From the NCBI GenBank assembly GCA_017499595.2, contig CM039008.1:1054001-1118000 (forward strand): a stretch of DNA of 64,000 nucleotides. The letters are read 5' to 3'. Shown piece by piece: positions 40,501 to 53,254 of the stretch; positions within the stretch are counted from its first letter, which is position 1, and each line of letters begins with the position of its first letter. Source of the DNA: Psilocybe cubensis (Eukaryota). Made by a program: the position numbers and the translations under genes. The notes under the pieces are model-generated. The model searched no databases, had not been told where the DNA came from, and worked only from the letters and a program-made list of their open reading frames with translations.

Positions 40501-41363
40501 AATCAATTTTTGAAAAAACTTTGACTTCTTTTTATTAATAACCAACCCGTTTTTTTCTAGTGCCGTTAAGATATTTCTGAGATTGATCTCATGATTGTTG
40601 TATCCTCAAGATCTTATTATGCAATTGTCAAAATAAATGTTAGTGACGTTCCCAAAATACTTTTTTTAATGGCCATGTTCATTCGCTGCTGATGTATTTC
40701 TGGGGCATTTCTCAACCCCATGAGCATTACAGTCCATTCATAAAAGCCAAAAGGTGTATTTACTGCTGTTAAGTGTATGTCATCTGGATGCATCCAAGTT
40801 TGGAAGAAAGAATTTGTCAGATCCAATATGGAAAAAAACATTGTAACCCTTCACTGTGTTGGTGAGAACAAAGTCCATTCTTGGTAGAGGGTGATTATCT
40901 GGCACAGTATTATCATTAAGCTGACAATAATTGTTTACCCAACAGGGTAGTGCAGACTTATCTGCCTTTGGAATCAAAAAACACGGCAAGGCATACACTG
41001 ATAAAGAGAGATGTATTCTGCCTGCTTGCAAATGCCCATCAATAAGCTATTTCCATGTATTATTATACTTGCAAGGGTGGAATATAATCTATTTTTGATT
41101 ACCTTATTTGGATCCTTAAGTTTAATCCTTGCATAGTAGTCAGTAGAAAGCTTGTTGATATCCGGAGACGTGGTACCAAATAGATGTTGGAATTTTTTTG
41201 TGACTTTTTCCGCTTGACAATTTCGATCCTCCTCATTGGCTAGCTTGTCTATTGTTTTACGGATTGTTGCAATAATATCAACAGGCTGCTCTTCAGCATT
41301 TGTGTCAACATGAGACAAAGAAGCCACTGCATTTTGTAAAAAATCTCTTTTTTTAGTTCTGGC

Positions 41364-41845
41364 TGAATGAGAATGCGTGTTGATGTAATAAATCAGATTC
41401 TCAAAGGCGTGTGAAAATCAAGTCAAAGACGTAGCTTCGAGGGAGTATTTCTTGATTTTGTGACTTAGTCGACTCAAGTAATCTCGTAGATACAAATATA
41501 TTTGTTTCTATTCACTACACTGGCTTATAGAAAGTGTATTAGGTCCCCTAAAATACTGTATAACAAACTTAGAGTGATTTTCTATCTCAGGTTCACACAA
41601 AGTATGTTGTAGCAGCAAGTAATTGAATTTCGGTGGTCTCTACCTACTACACATTGCTCCTTATATACTAATTTATCTTAAGTCTATCTAGAACCTTCTC
41701 CGAGCTTCTCATTGTGTTTTACTCCTTCCAGCATGGTATCGTGCTTTTGGGGTAGTATAAAGGGAAACATGGGAAAGTGTAATGGTTTGTCATGTGACTT
41801 AAAGGACTTAGTGAAGAACGTTTAACGTTTTGCAGTTCTCTAACA
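41364..41845. repeat. Solo LTR (482 bp) inserted in Gypsy D
   Basis: TG…CA termini with perfect 5-bp TSD CTGGC. Confidence 0.8.
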
Positions 41846-43183
41846 CTGGCATAGACACAACACGCTACACTTGTATAGGTTTCATCAGATTGTAGCCAGA
41901 CACTTTATCAATGTAAGACCTTTCATTGTGATCTGTAACAATGTTGTTATGTTCAAGAAATGGCAATCCAAGAATTACGAGCATGCAAAGGCCAGGTGCA
42001 ATAAATGTGTAAACCCACTTTGATATCCACACATTATCAATTGATATTACTACTAGTTTAACACAATGAGAGAGAGACACAATTTTTTTTCTTTAGAGCT
42101 TGGGGATATTGCAACACAAATAGATTCAGGCTTCTTTAATATAATACGGGGTAGCTTTAACTCCTCAACAACCTCTGGTTAAATCAACACAATATATGCA
42201 CCATTGTCAATTAAATATGTGAATGTTTTGTTTTTCTTTTTTGGTGGAAGGTTGAGGGAAGGGCAGTGATGCCCATACTTCCTCTTCGTTAAAGAGAGGC
42301 AAATTGCACCCCACTAGTTCAGGCCACCCCGGAGTAATGTCTTAGTACACCTATTACTAGATAGTGCGGGACTGGAATGTCATGGAAAAGCCGAGTTTGA
42401 CAAGCTTCCACCTCGCAGAGCGTGGGATCACACAATTGACCTCAAACCAGACGCCAACTCTATTAAGGCACAGATATACCCTTTATCCCCGTCACAGTCA
42501 AGAGTAGCGGATGAGTTTGTCAAAGAGGAGCTAAGGACAGGCTGCATTCCACCCTCAACGAAGCCGTATGCCTCACCCTTTTTCTTTGTTCAGAAAAAGG
42601 CTCTCTTCAGCCGGTGCAGGACTACAAGAAGCTAAACAAGATGACAATATGTAACCAATACCTTTTACCCCTCATCTCAAAACTCATGGACAAGCTGAAA
42701 GGCGTGAGGTTCTTCTCAAAACTTGACATTTGGTGGGGTTACAATAATGTCAGAATCTGAGAGGGCGATGAACACAAAGCCACATTTATTGCTAACAAGA
42801 GCCTTTTCAAACCCCTCATTATGTATTTTAGGCTCTGCAATTTGCCGGAAACTTTCCAAAATATAATGAACAATCTTTTCAAAGACCTCATAGCCGAAAA
42901 ACATCACTGGATGAAGCATTGAATAATATGAGTCAAATTATTCAAAGATTATGCAAAATTTAATATGTAAAAAATTTTAAATTTTTGGTGGCAAAATATT
43001 TGAAATGTATTTAAATGAAAATTTAAATAAGTTTTCAGTAGATATTTAACAATTATACAAGATTGATTTGAAGACTATGTAATGAATAAATATTTTATGA
43101 GTTGAATAGTTATTGAATTATTGATTACCAATTATTCTTGAAAAATTTAAATTTAAATATTGATTGAATAATAGACAATAGTT

Positions 43184-44042
43184 GTCTGTTTTCCTTGTCT
43201 ATCTACACCTGATCTCTGCCATCTGAACCCAATCTGTTGATTTTGGTCTCATCTGACCACCAGACCCTTGCCCAGTCATCCACAGTCCACTCCAAGTGCC
43301 TTTCTGCAAACTCCAATCTAGCCCTCCTATGCTTTTTTGATAACAAAGGCTTCTTTTGTTTTGCTACTGAGACCATGCCAGTTGATTTGAGTGCATTCCT
43401 AACTGTTTGAGGACTGATATTCTGGCCATTAATAGTAGCCAGAGACTTGGCAGCTTGCACAGCATTCTTGATTTGTCCAGTTCGAATTCCATGCTTGGTA
43501 TAGGTGATATTGGCACCAGTCAGCTTCTTTGGGCATCCTCCATGGGAAACCACTGCCTCAGGACAGTAGTCTTGGCAAATTTTGGTGATAGAACCAGCAC
43601 TAGCTCTAGTCTGGGCCTTGATAGAGGCATAGGAGTGACCAGAAGTAAGAAGAGAGACAATAGTAGCAATGATTGCTTTAGAAAGGGGTTTCATGCTTGA
43701 TTGGGGGGATAAAGAGGTTGGTTGTAGCTATTATATACCTATTCAACATGTAGTCACATGATTTTATTGATAGTTGTTTGGTATATCAACAAAGTCATGT
43801 GATAATACATAGTTTATAGCATTTAAATTACTAGCAAAAAAACTGTTTGAATGACTTAGCAAATTGTGTATGCTGCTGTTTGGTCAATTCTTGGACAAAT
43901 CACATGATCAGTATGTCATCCTTTAGCTAACACCATATAGTATATCTGTGAATAATCTCATATTTTTAACATTTTTAATTTCAAAGTTATAAATTAATCT
44001 TTTTATACGTGACCAACACTCGAACGGTTTTTTTGCCCACTG
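43184..44042 (-). mobile_element. Truncated Tc1 element: left TIR and N-terminal half of transposase
   Basis: ORF 43203-43694 (MKPLSK…WSDETK); TIR ends CACTG|TA; same family as 60730-62334. Confidence 0.9.
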
Positions 44043-44285
44043 TATTTATGGCTGGCACTCATTTATATTTTCTAGGGAAATATATATTGGTAATGATACT
44101 TCCTATTGAATTTAAACATATTTTTGGGACTTTGGGATTACCTAATAAGGAAACCCAGAGTCTAGATACTACTAGTGCTTATACATATTTTTCTATAAAA
44201 TATATATTGGTAAAATTATGTTTTTTGTTGGTATTTGAAATATTTTTCTCATAAATAGAGTCTAGGAATATCCAATTAGGGAAGC

Positions 44286-44963
44286 TGTCATATACTGTAC
44301 TCTCTCAACTCCGTCATACAACATTGTCAGTCAAATTCCACATCCAACTTCCATCTCCCTACTTTGCCTAATTTCCGTCTCTCCAACTTCAGTCTGACTT
44401 TGTATATAGACTTGTCTCAGACACTTGTCTTATTTTTTTCCTAAACCTTATTCCTTTCATTCATTATCTTATTCCTATTCCTTATTCCTTATCTTTATTC
44501 CTTATGACTCATTTCTTGGTGGTTCATCTTTATTCCAATAGTAGTATATAAACCCCTCCTGTTGTAGGCTAGAACCCCCAAGCTGATTATCAACTTGGGT
44601 AACTTGGGTAACCTAGACATCTTAGTCCATTTGCTACTTTGTGCAACTTTGTTTCAAACTCTAATTCCGAATTTGATTGGACTTAGGCTCTAAGAAACTT
44701 AAGTTTACTCCATCAATTTTAATCCAACTTTGACCAATACTTGACCAACTTTGTCTTTAATGTAGTCTCTTGCCTAGTACTGTTCTCCTCTTAGATCTCC
44801 ATATCCAAATTAGGACACAAGATATACGAAGAGCACAGCACATAAGCTGAAGCTAACCCCTCCAACCACTAAATTTGACAGTAACTTTTTTCTCTTACTT
44901 CAGCCTCCTACTTCCATCTACAAACTTGCCCTCAACTTCATTCCTCTTAATACAACCCTAATA
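44286..44963 (+). repeat. Solo LTR (678 bp)
   Basis: TG…TA (likely decayed CA) with perfect 5-bp TSD GAAGC; second, inverted copy at ~53549-54253. Confidence 0.85.
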
Positions 44964-44966
44964 GAA

Positions 44967-45545
44967 GCAAAAATGTAATCCAGAATGTTGCAGAATAATA
45001 TCTGTGAATTCTGGAATGTTGCGGGAAAGAGTGTGTACTTTCCAGAAAATTGACAAGCAGTGCAAAATGTGTGTTTCCAGTTGAAATCAATGTCGGAATG
45101 ATATTTATACTTTCCAGAAAACTGACAAGCAGTACAGATTGTGTGTTTACAGCAAAAATGTAATCCAGAATATTGCGGAATGATATCTGTGAATTCTGGA
45201 ATGTTGCGGAAAAGTGTGTATACTTTCCGGAAAATTGACAAGCAGTGCAAATTGTGTGTTTCCAGTTGAAATCAATGTCGGAATGATATCTATACTTTCC
45301 AGAAAACTGACAAGCAGTACAGATTGTGTGTTTACAGCAAAAATGTAATCCAGAATATTGTGGAATGATATCTGAATTCTAGAATGTTGCAGAAAAGAGT
45401 GTGTACTTTCCGGAAAATTGACAAGCAGTGCAAATTGTGTGTTTCCAGTTGAAATCAATGTTGGAATAATATCTATACTTTCCAGAAAATTGACAAGCAG
45501 TACAGATTGTGTGTTTACAGCAAAAATGTAATCCAGAATATTGCA
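44967..45545. repeat. Tandem repeat, ~3.1 copies of a ~185-bp unit with internal subrepeats
   Basis: GCAAAAATGTAATCCAGAAT recurs at 44967, 45152, 45337 and 45520. Confidence 0.9.
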
Positions 45546-47115
45546 AAATTGCATTTTTCTAGCAGATTAACAAATAGTTTGCATTATTTATTTATAATTA
45601 AAACCAATTCTGGCATATTGAAATGTAATATTTCTGAATTCCAAAACATTGTGCAAATTCCAGAAGACTAACAAGTAGCATATATTACATATTCATATTG
45701 ATTTTTGAAATGTTGCAAAATGATTATTTATATCTGTACTTTCTAACAAAATGACAAGTAATGTGGATTCCATATTCACTGTCACAATGAATTCTGATGT
45801 ATATATATATACTGACAAGTGATTTGCAGTGTGGATTATATATTCAACTTTACAAGCAATTTTAGAATATTGCAGCTTGGAACCAAATAGTAAATGCACT
45901 TTGGAAAAGATTGACTATTAGTATATATTGTATATTTACTGCACTAATGAATTGCATAATATTGTAGAATAGTAAATCTACCATACCAAAAAATACCTAG
46001 TAGTGTGAATTGTATATTTACAATTATAATGAGTTTCAAAACTTTAAAGGCTTTTAACTATTTTATATTGTTTTTTCTCTTCAAATTAACTATAACTTTA
46101 AATAATCTTTGAATTTCCATTACCTAACTATTTTGCAAATATGCAAAATCTATTTAAAAATAAATTTTACTTGATTTTGATTTTTCTTTGTATAATTTTT
46201 GCTTATTATTCTTATATTTTTTATAAACTTCCACATTTTTCTTTGTATAGTTGTTGTATTATTTTCATTTACTTATTGAATTATGCATTTAAATAATAAT
46301 TGGTAATCTTTTAAATAATCTTTATGTATACTATTGTCCATTATTCAATCAATATTTAAATTTAAATTTTTCAAGAATAGTTGGTCATCAATAATTCAAT
46401 AACTATTCAACTCATAAAATATTCATTCATTACATAGTCTTCTAATCTATCTTGTATAATTCTTAAATATCCACTGAAAACTTATTTAAATTTTGATTTG
46501 AATACATTTTAAATAATTTGCCACCAAAAATTTAAAATTTTTTATATATTGAATTTTGCATAATCTTTGAATAATTTGACTTATATTATTCAATGCTTCA
46601 TCCAGTGCATGTTGTTATCTATATGGACAATATTCTCATATTTTCTAATGATATCTGTCACCATTTGTCAGGGCAATACTATAATCAGTGTGACAAGGCC
46701 ACCAACAAAGATCAAGCAAGGGAGAGAGAGAGAGAGCAGAGGGAGAGTAAGAGAGCAAAGAGAGAATAAGAGAGTGAGAGAGACTCAATGATTCTAAGAG
46801 ATCACACCAATGATAGTGGATATCCTAAGAGATTGAAGCTGAAGCTACAGCTACCTACAAGTCCAGTATTTATACTCTACAGCTATTCTAGAATATTCTC
46901 TACATTACATCATAAAGGAAGGTTAAAGAATAAAAGTGACATCATATAGAAAAAGGATGAGTAAGACTAGGAATCATATAGAATTTACTAGAAAGAAGTG
47001 GAGCAAGAAGGCTGTGATGAAAGAAATAAACTATCTAATCAGATAATTGATAAGATAATGAAAGGATAAGATAATTCTGTGAAGATAAAGAGGGGAAACT
47101 GGAGAAACCCTGACA

Positions 47116-50100
47116 TCACCCCCTCTTTAAGGCACATTTTCCACAATGTGCACATGGATGGGTTAGTTTAAAGGGTTTAAGAAGAGGAGGAGGTTCAGTA
47201 AAGTTAATAATAGGAGTGAAAGAAAGTCTATCAAAGGTCACAGCAGAAATCCTTCTAGGTGCTGAAGGATGTTTGGCATGGAAGTCCTTGATAGCCTTAG
47301 AAGCATTTTTCAAATGCTCTGCAGGCTCCCAAGTGCATTCTTCATTAGGATAGTTCTTCCACTTGACCAAATATTGAAGTTTGTTTTTAAAAAGTCTGCT
47401 GTCCTTGATAAATTCAACTTCCCACTTAGGATTTTCTCCTTGAATGACAGGTGGTGGTCTAGAAGGAGGCTTTCTTCCTACAATATCTGGGTGATAAGGT
47501 AGAAGTTTAACCACATTGAACACTGGATGGATTTTCATGGTAGATGGCAGCTTAAGCTCATAGGCATTAGGGCTAATAACTTTGGTAATTTTGTAAGGCC
47601 CATATCTTTTATCATCCAATTTCTTGGAGGGCCTATCAGTTTTGAGGTCCTTGCCATCCAACCATACCAAATCCCCAACTTTGTACTGAGTTGGAGTATC
47701 TCTGTGTCTATTATAGAATTTAGCCATATCATCAGCAGCTTTTCTAAGTGCAGACTCTGCTTCTTTCCTGGCTTCTTCCATATTTTTCACAAAAATATCC
47801 ACAGTGTCCATTTTACTATCTCTAAGGGGTTCAGTGCCCATTCTGGGATGTCTGCCATTATTGAGCATAAATGGTGTCTGCCTGGTTGAAGCCTGAACTC
47901 TATTGTTATAAGAGAATTCAGCTAGAGCTAACCATTCAACCCAATCATCTTGTCTATGGTTTATAAAGAGTCTAAGATACTGCTCAATTTCTTGGTTAAC
48001 TCTTTCAGTCTGACCATCAGTTTGGGGATGGTAGGCTATAGATGAGGCTGTCTGGATACCAAGTATTGAGTTGAGTTCTTTTATAAACCTTGAGACAAAC
48101 TGTGGACCTCTATCACACAGAATTTTAATGGGTAAGCCATGGTATTTCCAGACATAATCTCTGTATAGTCTGGCTGTCCCTTCAGAAGTGACTTCATCTG
48201 TAGTAGGGATAATGTGGATCATTTTACTAAGTCTATCCACAACCACCATAATGGCATTATACCCTTGACATTCTGATAACCCCATAATAAAGTCCACAGA
48301 GATGCATTGCCAGACATCAGAGGGAATCTCAGTAGGAATTAAAAGGCCAAGAGGTTTGGCTGGAAAGGTTTTGGTTCTGTTGCATCTATCACAACCTCTG
48401 GTATAGGCTGCAATAAAATGTGACATTCCTGGCCACCAATAATTCCTAGAGACTAGCTTAATTGTCTTCCATTTCCCTGGATGTCCAGCAATGAAGGCAT
48501 CATGGTGCAGTTCCACAATCTTTCTTCTAAGATCTTTGTCCTTGGAAATATACACCTTCCCCCTGTAGAGAATAAGGCCTTGTTCTTCTGACCATTCCTG
48601 TCCTTCAATCTTCTTGGTAGAAGATTTCTTGAGCTCTTGAACTGCCTTGACCACCTTTTCATCCATCTCCTTAGCTTCTCTAATCTTCTTAAGAAGATCA
48701 TTTTCTGCACCAGTAATGGTAGCATGACCCTGCTTGAGAGCCTGGATTTTAAAGTAGGAAGGTTTGAGGAGAACTACATTTTGGTTATCATTCTCTCCCT
48801 TTTTATGATCTGATCTTCTAGACAAAGCATCTGGCTTAAGAGATCTTTTACCAGGCCTATGATGAAGAGTAAAATCAAATCTGGACAGGAAGAGTGACCA
48901 TCTGGCTTGCCTTCTGCTAAGCTTTTGGGCAACCATAAAGTACTCTAAGTTTTTGTGGTCTGTCCAAATCTCAAAGGAATGTTAGGTTCCTTCAAGATAA
49001 TGTCTCCATTCATCTAGTGCTCTGATAATAGCCAGCATCTCTTTGTCATGGATCTCATAATTCCTTTCTACTTCAGATAGACTCTTAGACATAAAGGCTA
49101 CAGGATGCCATTTCCCATCTGATCCTTCCTGAGATAAAACAGCCCCAGTAGCATAATCTGAACTGTCTGCTTCAACTTTATATGGCTTGTTATCATCAGG
49201 GAAAATCAAGATAGGTGAAGAAGTGACTTTCTTCTTTAACTGGTCAAAGGCTTCCTGCTGTCTAAGACTCCATCTCCAGACTATTCCTTTCTTTGTCAAT
49301 TCATGAAGGGGCTTAGCAATGTCTGCAAAATCCTCTATGAACCTTCTATAAAAATTAACAAATCCCAAGAATGATTGGACATCCTTGACATTTTCAGGTT
49401 CAGGCCATTTAGAAACTCCCTCTACCTTGACAGGATCCATCTCAATCCTGCCTTGTGAAATGATTAGTCCAAGATATTCAATCTTTTCCTTTTCAAATTC
49501 ACATTCCTCTGCTTTAAGGTAGAGTTTGTTCTGTTCTAGGATTTGCAGAACTTGCTTGACTACCTCTCTATGATGATCAAGAGTTTCAGTGAAAATTAAA
49601 ATGTCATCCATATAGACAATGACAACATTTCCATCAATAAGCTCAATAAAGATATCATTCATCATAGTTTGGAAGGTAGCAGAACTATTGGTTAAACCAA
49701 AGAACATGACCAATGGTTCAAACAGCCCTCTATTGGTTCTAAAGGCTGCTTTTCATTCATCTCCCTTTTTGATTCTGACATTGTTAAATCCCCACCTAAC
49801 ATCAAGTTTGGTGAAGTATTTGGCTTTGCTGAGTTTGGTGATAATGTCAGAAATCAATGGAAGGGAGTAGGAGTTCTTGATGGTCATTTCATTCAGTTTC
49901 CTATAGTCCTGGACAAGCCTAAGAGATCCATCCTTCTTCTTGACAAAGAATACAGGGGAGGCCATAGGTGACTTGGAGGGTCTAATCCTGCCAGATTTCA
50001 GATTTTCCTCTAAAAAGGCATCAAGTTCCTTTTATTTATTGGGAGAAAGAGGATAAATCTTGGATCTGTAAGGTTCAGAACCAGGTTTCAGCTCAATAGC

Positions 50101-50994
50101 ATGATCCCAAGGCTTCCTGTCTGGTAGCCTATCAAAAGATTCCTTTGAAAAAACACCTTTAAACTGGTGATAGTGCTTAGGGACAGTTTCTTCAAAGATT
50201 TTCTTAGGAGAATCAGCTTGCTGATGAGACTCTTCTGCTAATCTTTGAGACATAGTAGAAGTAGCATTAATAGACTGCTTCTGAGGATGAAGGTATGAGA
50301 TGAAAATTCTGTCCTCAGGCTCAATCTCAGAATCAGAAGAATCTTCAATAGAATCATCTTCTTCTTCATCAAATTGAGGGAGTTTCCTCCTTTTGACTGC
50401 AGCTATTCTCTGCCTCTTTTTTCTGGCTCTTTTGGCTTCCATTTGGCAGTCAGAGGGACATCTAATAAACTGAACATCCCCTGTCTTCCAATCAATATCT
50501 GGATTATGGTGCCAAAGCCAAGTATGTCCAATGATAGCAGATTTGTCTCCCAAGTCACAAACAGCAAAGGTGGCCCTTTCTGTATGGTTCTTGTGTACCA
50601 TAATTAAGTCTACTTCCTCATGGATAGAGCCACTCTTGTTGAGAGTACCATCAACATTATAGACTGGAATGGCTCTAGGAAGTTTCCTTGTGTTGAGATT
50701 ATGATACTTCACAAAACCAGAATGCAGAAAGAGGCCAGTAGCTCCAGAATCAAGCAAAGCATCAACAGATAACCTTTTCTCTGTGTCCATTGTCTTTAAG
50801 ATGACAGACAAATGGGTAGAGGTTTTAGGATTATGGTTGAGGATGTAGATCTTTTCAGGGAAGGTAGAAAGAGAGGAAGAAGAAGACATGATTTCTGCAC
50901 CAGAATCTGAAGACTGAGGATCAAGTCTGTCAATTTCATTTTCTGGTACATTAAATCTATTCCATTGGGACATGTCTTTCACCAATGGTGCTTC
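47116..50994 (-). pseudogene. pol: Gypsy F pol: protease-RT-RNase H-integrase-chromodomain (three in-frame stops)
   Basis: [56 protein letters not shown]…YLVKWKNY…TWEP. Confidence 0.93.
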
Positions 50995-52103
50995 TAAAAA
51001 TTTTTCTTTTCCTCATCTTTCTGCTCTTTGCCTTCCAAGATTAATTTCCCAAAGTAGTCAGCCAGTTCTTCATGGGTCATAGCATTGATGTTAACTGATG
51101 ACCTGCAGTTTACAGCCTTATGACCAGGCTTTCTGCACTTGAAGCAAACAATTGGCCTAACTGACTTCTATCCAGAGTCAACCTCCATGGGAACTACATC
51201 TGGTTGCTTTGCCTGAGCACCAAAGGTCCTTGAGCTGCTGTTGGAAAAGACTGGAGGATTTGGAGTAGGCTTAGGAACAGCCTTGGGAGTTGGGGCTTTA
51301 AGAAAGGGAGAAGATGAGGAGGAGGAAAGAGACTTGGTAAAGGCCTCACTCTGTCTCCACTGCCTATCTAGCCTAGTACTCCATTTAATCCATCCATCCA
51401 AGGTTTTGGGCATGTCAGGAATATAGTAGACTGCATTCCTGAGATTTTCATTGAGCCCAGCCTTGAATTGGTCTACCAAAGCAGCATCATTATACCCAGT
51501 ATCTGAGATCAGAGCCCTGAAGCTAGCAACATACTCATCAGCAGTCTGTCTGCCTTGCTTGAGCATGTGCATTTTATGCTTAGCTGTGTTGGAGGGGTCT
51601 GAATCTGCAAACACTTCCCTAAATTCATAAACAAAGTCAGCCCAAAGACCTTCTTGGGACTGAGCATTGTCTATTACTTTAGTCTTCTCATATGCCCACT
51701 TTCCAGCAGTACCTCCTTTCATATGAGATAGAGCACAAATAACTTTCTGAAAGTCATCTGTAATCCCTTTCCCATAGAAATATAATTTGAGCTGACTAAG
51801 GAAGTTTTCTGCCTTCTCCATAGAACCATCAAATGGATCTGGAGGTGAGACTTTAATGACAGAGTGTGAACAGGAAGGGGCAACATGAGGGGTAGGGAAA
51901 GAGTGAATATCTAGAGCAGCAGGTGGTGGTGGTGGTGGTGATGATGGTGACTGACTGACTGGTTGCTGAGGGTGTGGTGGAGTGGATGATGACTGCTGCT
52001 GCTGTCTAAGAAAATTCAACTCTTGGGTAAGGAGCTGGACCTGATGCATGAGCTCTTCCACAGAAGGAGTGGTGGGAGGCAATTGGGAGGGGTCCATGTC
52101 CAT
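50995..52103 (-). pseudogene. gag: Gypsy F gag (one premature stop) ending in a -1 slippery site
   Basis: PDPFDGS, LKQG, PMEVD, CFKCRKPGHKAVNC knuckle after TAG at 51168; AAAAATTTTTAG at ~51005-50994. Confidence 0.88.
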
Positions 52104-53254
52104 GGGTAGGGGTAGGTAGGCTCTCTGATGTGTGTGTGGGAGAAGCTATCTACTAAAAGTGCCCTTGAAACTATACTAAGTATTCTAAAAAAAATATCTA
52201 TCTACTGGATACCCAGTTGTCACACCACTCAGGGCTCTAAACCTAGGATCACAGGGTTACTGGATATTTCCTAGACCACCAAAAACAGAACACTAGTAGG
52301 ACTGTGTCTGCCCCAACAGTTGGTATCCCTATCTACTAAGTTCACACACAGCACACAACAGAGAGTAGAAAAGATGATGAGCCAAAGGTCTTGAGGAAAG
52401 GTCTTGAGGAGGATGTTGAAGATTGGTGGAGATGTAGAGGTTGGTAAGAAGATTGGTGAAGAGGTTGATGAAGAGGTTGGTGGGTTGGAAGGTGGGGAAG
52501 AAGGTTGAGATGATGATGTTGAAGAGGTTGAAGAGGTTGAAGAGTTTGGTGTTGAAAGAGAGATGGTGGAGTTGTCTTGAGAGAGCTTCAATCTTCTGTC
52601 AGGGCAACACTATAATCAGTGTGACAAGGCCACCAACAAAGATCAAGCAAGGAAGAGAAAGAGAGAGCAGAGGGAGAGTAAGAGAGCAAAGAGAGAATAA
52701 GAAAGTGAGAGAGACTCAATGATTCTAAGAGATCACACCAATGATAGTGGATATCCTAAGAGATTGAAGCTGAAGCTACAGCTACCTACAAGTCCAGTAT
52801 TTATACTCAACAGCTATTCTAGAATATTCTCTACATTACATCATAAAGGAAGGTTAAAGAATAAAAGTGACATCATATAGAAAAAGGATGAGTAAGACTA
52901 GGAATCATATAGAATTTACTAGAAAGAAGTGGAGCAAGAAGGCTGTGATGAAAGAAATAAACTATCTAATCAGATAATTGATAAGATAATGAAAGGATAA
53001 GATAATTCTGTGAAGATAAAGAGGGGAAACTGGAGAAACCCTGACACCATTGTGCCATCGTCAATCGTGTTTTTACTATTCTGTGTGATAATAATCTATA
53101 TCTGAAGCCGGAAAAATGTGAATTCAAACAGACCAAAATCAAATTTTTGGGCATCATCATATCCAAAGGCAAGCTGCAGATGGACCCAAAGAAGGTTTGC
53201 ACTATTTCCAAATGGCCTAAACCTAACAACAAGAAGGATGTCCAACAGTTCCTA

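Larger units (their letters stand above)
25560..42250 (-). mobile_element. Decayed Gypsy D: PR/RT/RNase H at 39750-42250, integrase at ~25560-26206, split by nested element C
   Basis: VILGLPFL, LDLTNSFFQ…GLRNAP, YFDN, VTTDA…RPIAFES, AHNSMGHFGFDK…CVDCQ; outer boundaries approximate, LTRs not seen. Confidence 0.8.
42905..46607. mobile_element. Non-autonomous CACTG-ended (CACTA/CMC-like) DNA transposon with ~275-bp TIRs
   Basis: CACTGGATGAAGCATTGAATAAT… at 42905, reverse complement ending at 46607; perfect 3-bp TSD CAT; removal restores the host RT frame. Confidence 0.9.
46666..53046 (-). mobile_element. Full-length chromovirus-type Gypsy F (6381 bp, 450-bp LTRs), CpG-free, putatively self-priming
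   Basis: LTRs 52597-53046 (5') and 46666-47115 (3'), ~5 differences; TSD CCATT; PPT adjacent to 47115; gag-PR-RT-RH-IN-chromodomain. Confidence 0.96.

Noticed and set aside
44967-45545. CRISPR-like array
   Set aside because: Whole units repeat with no unique spacers, no cas genes, and the context is eukaryotic.
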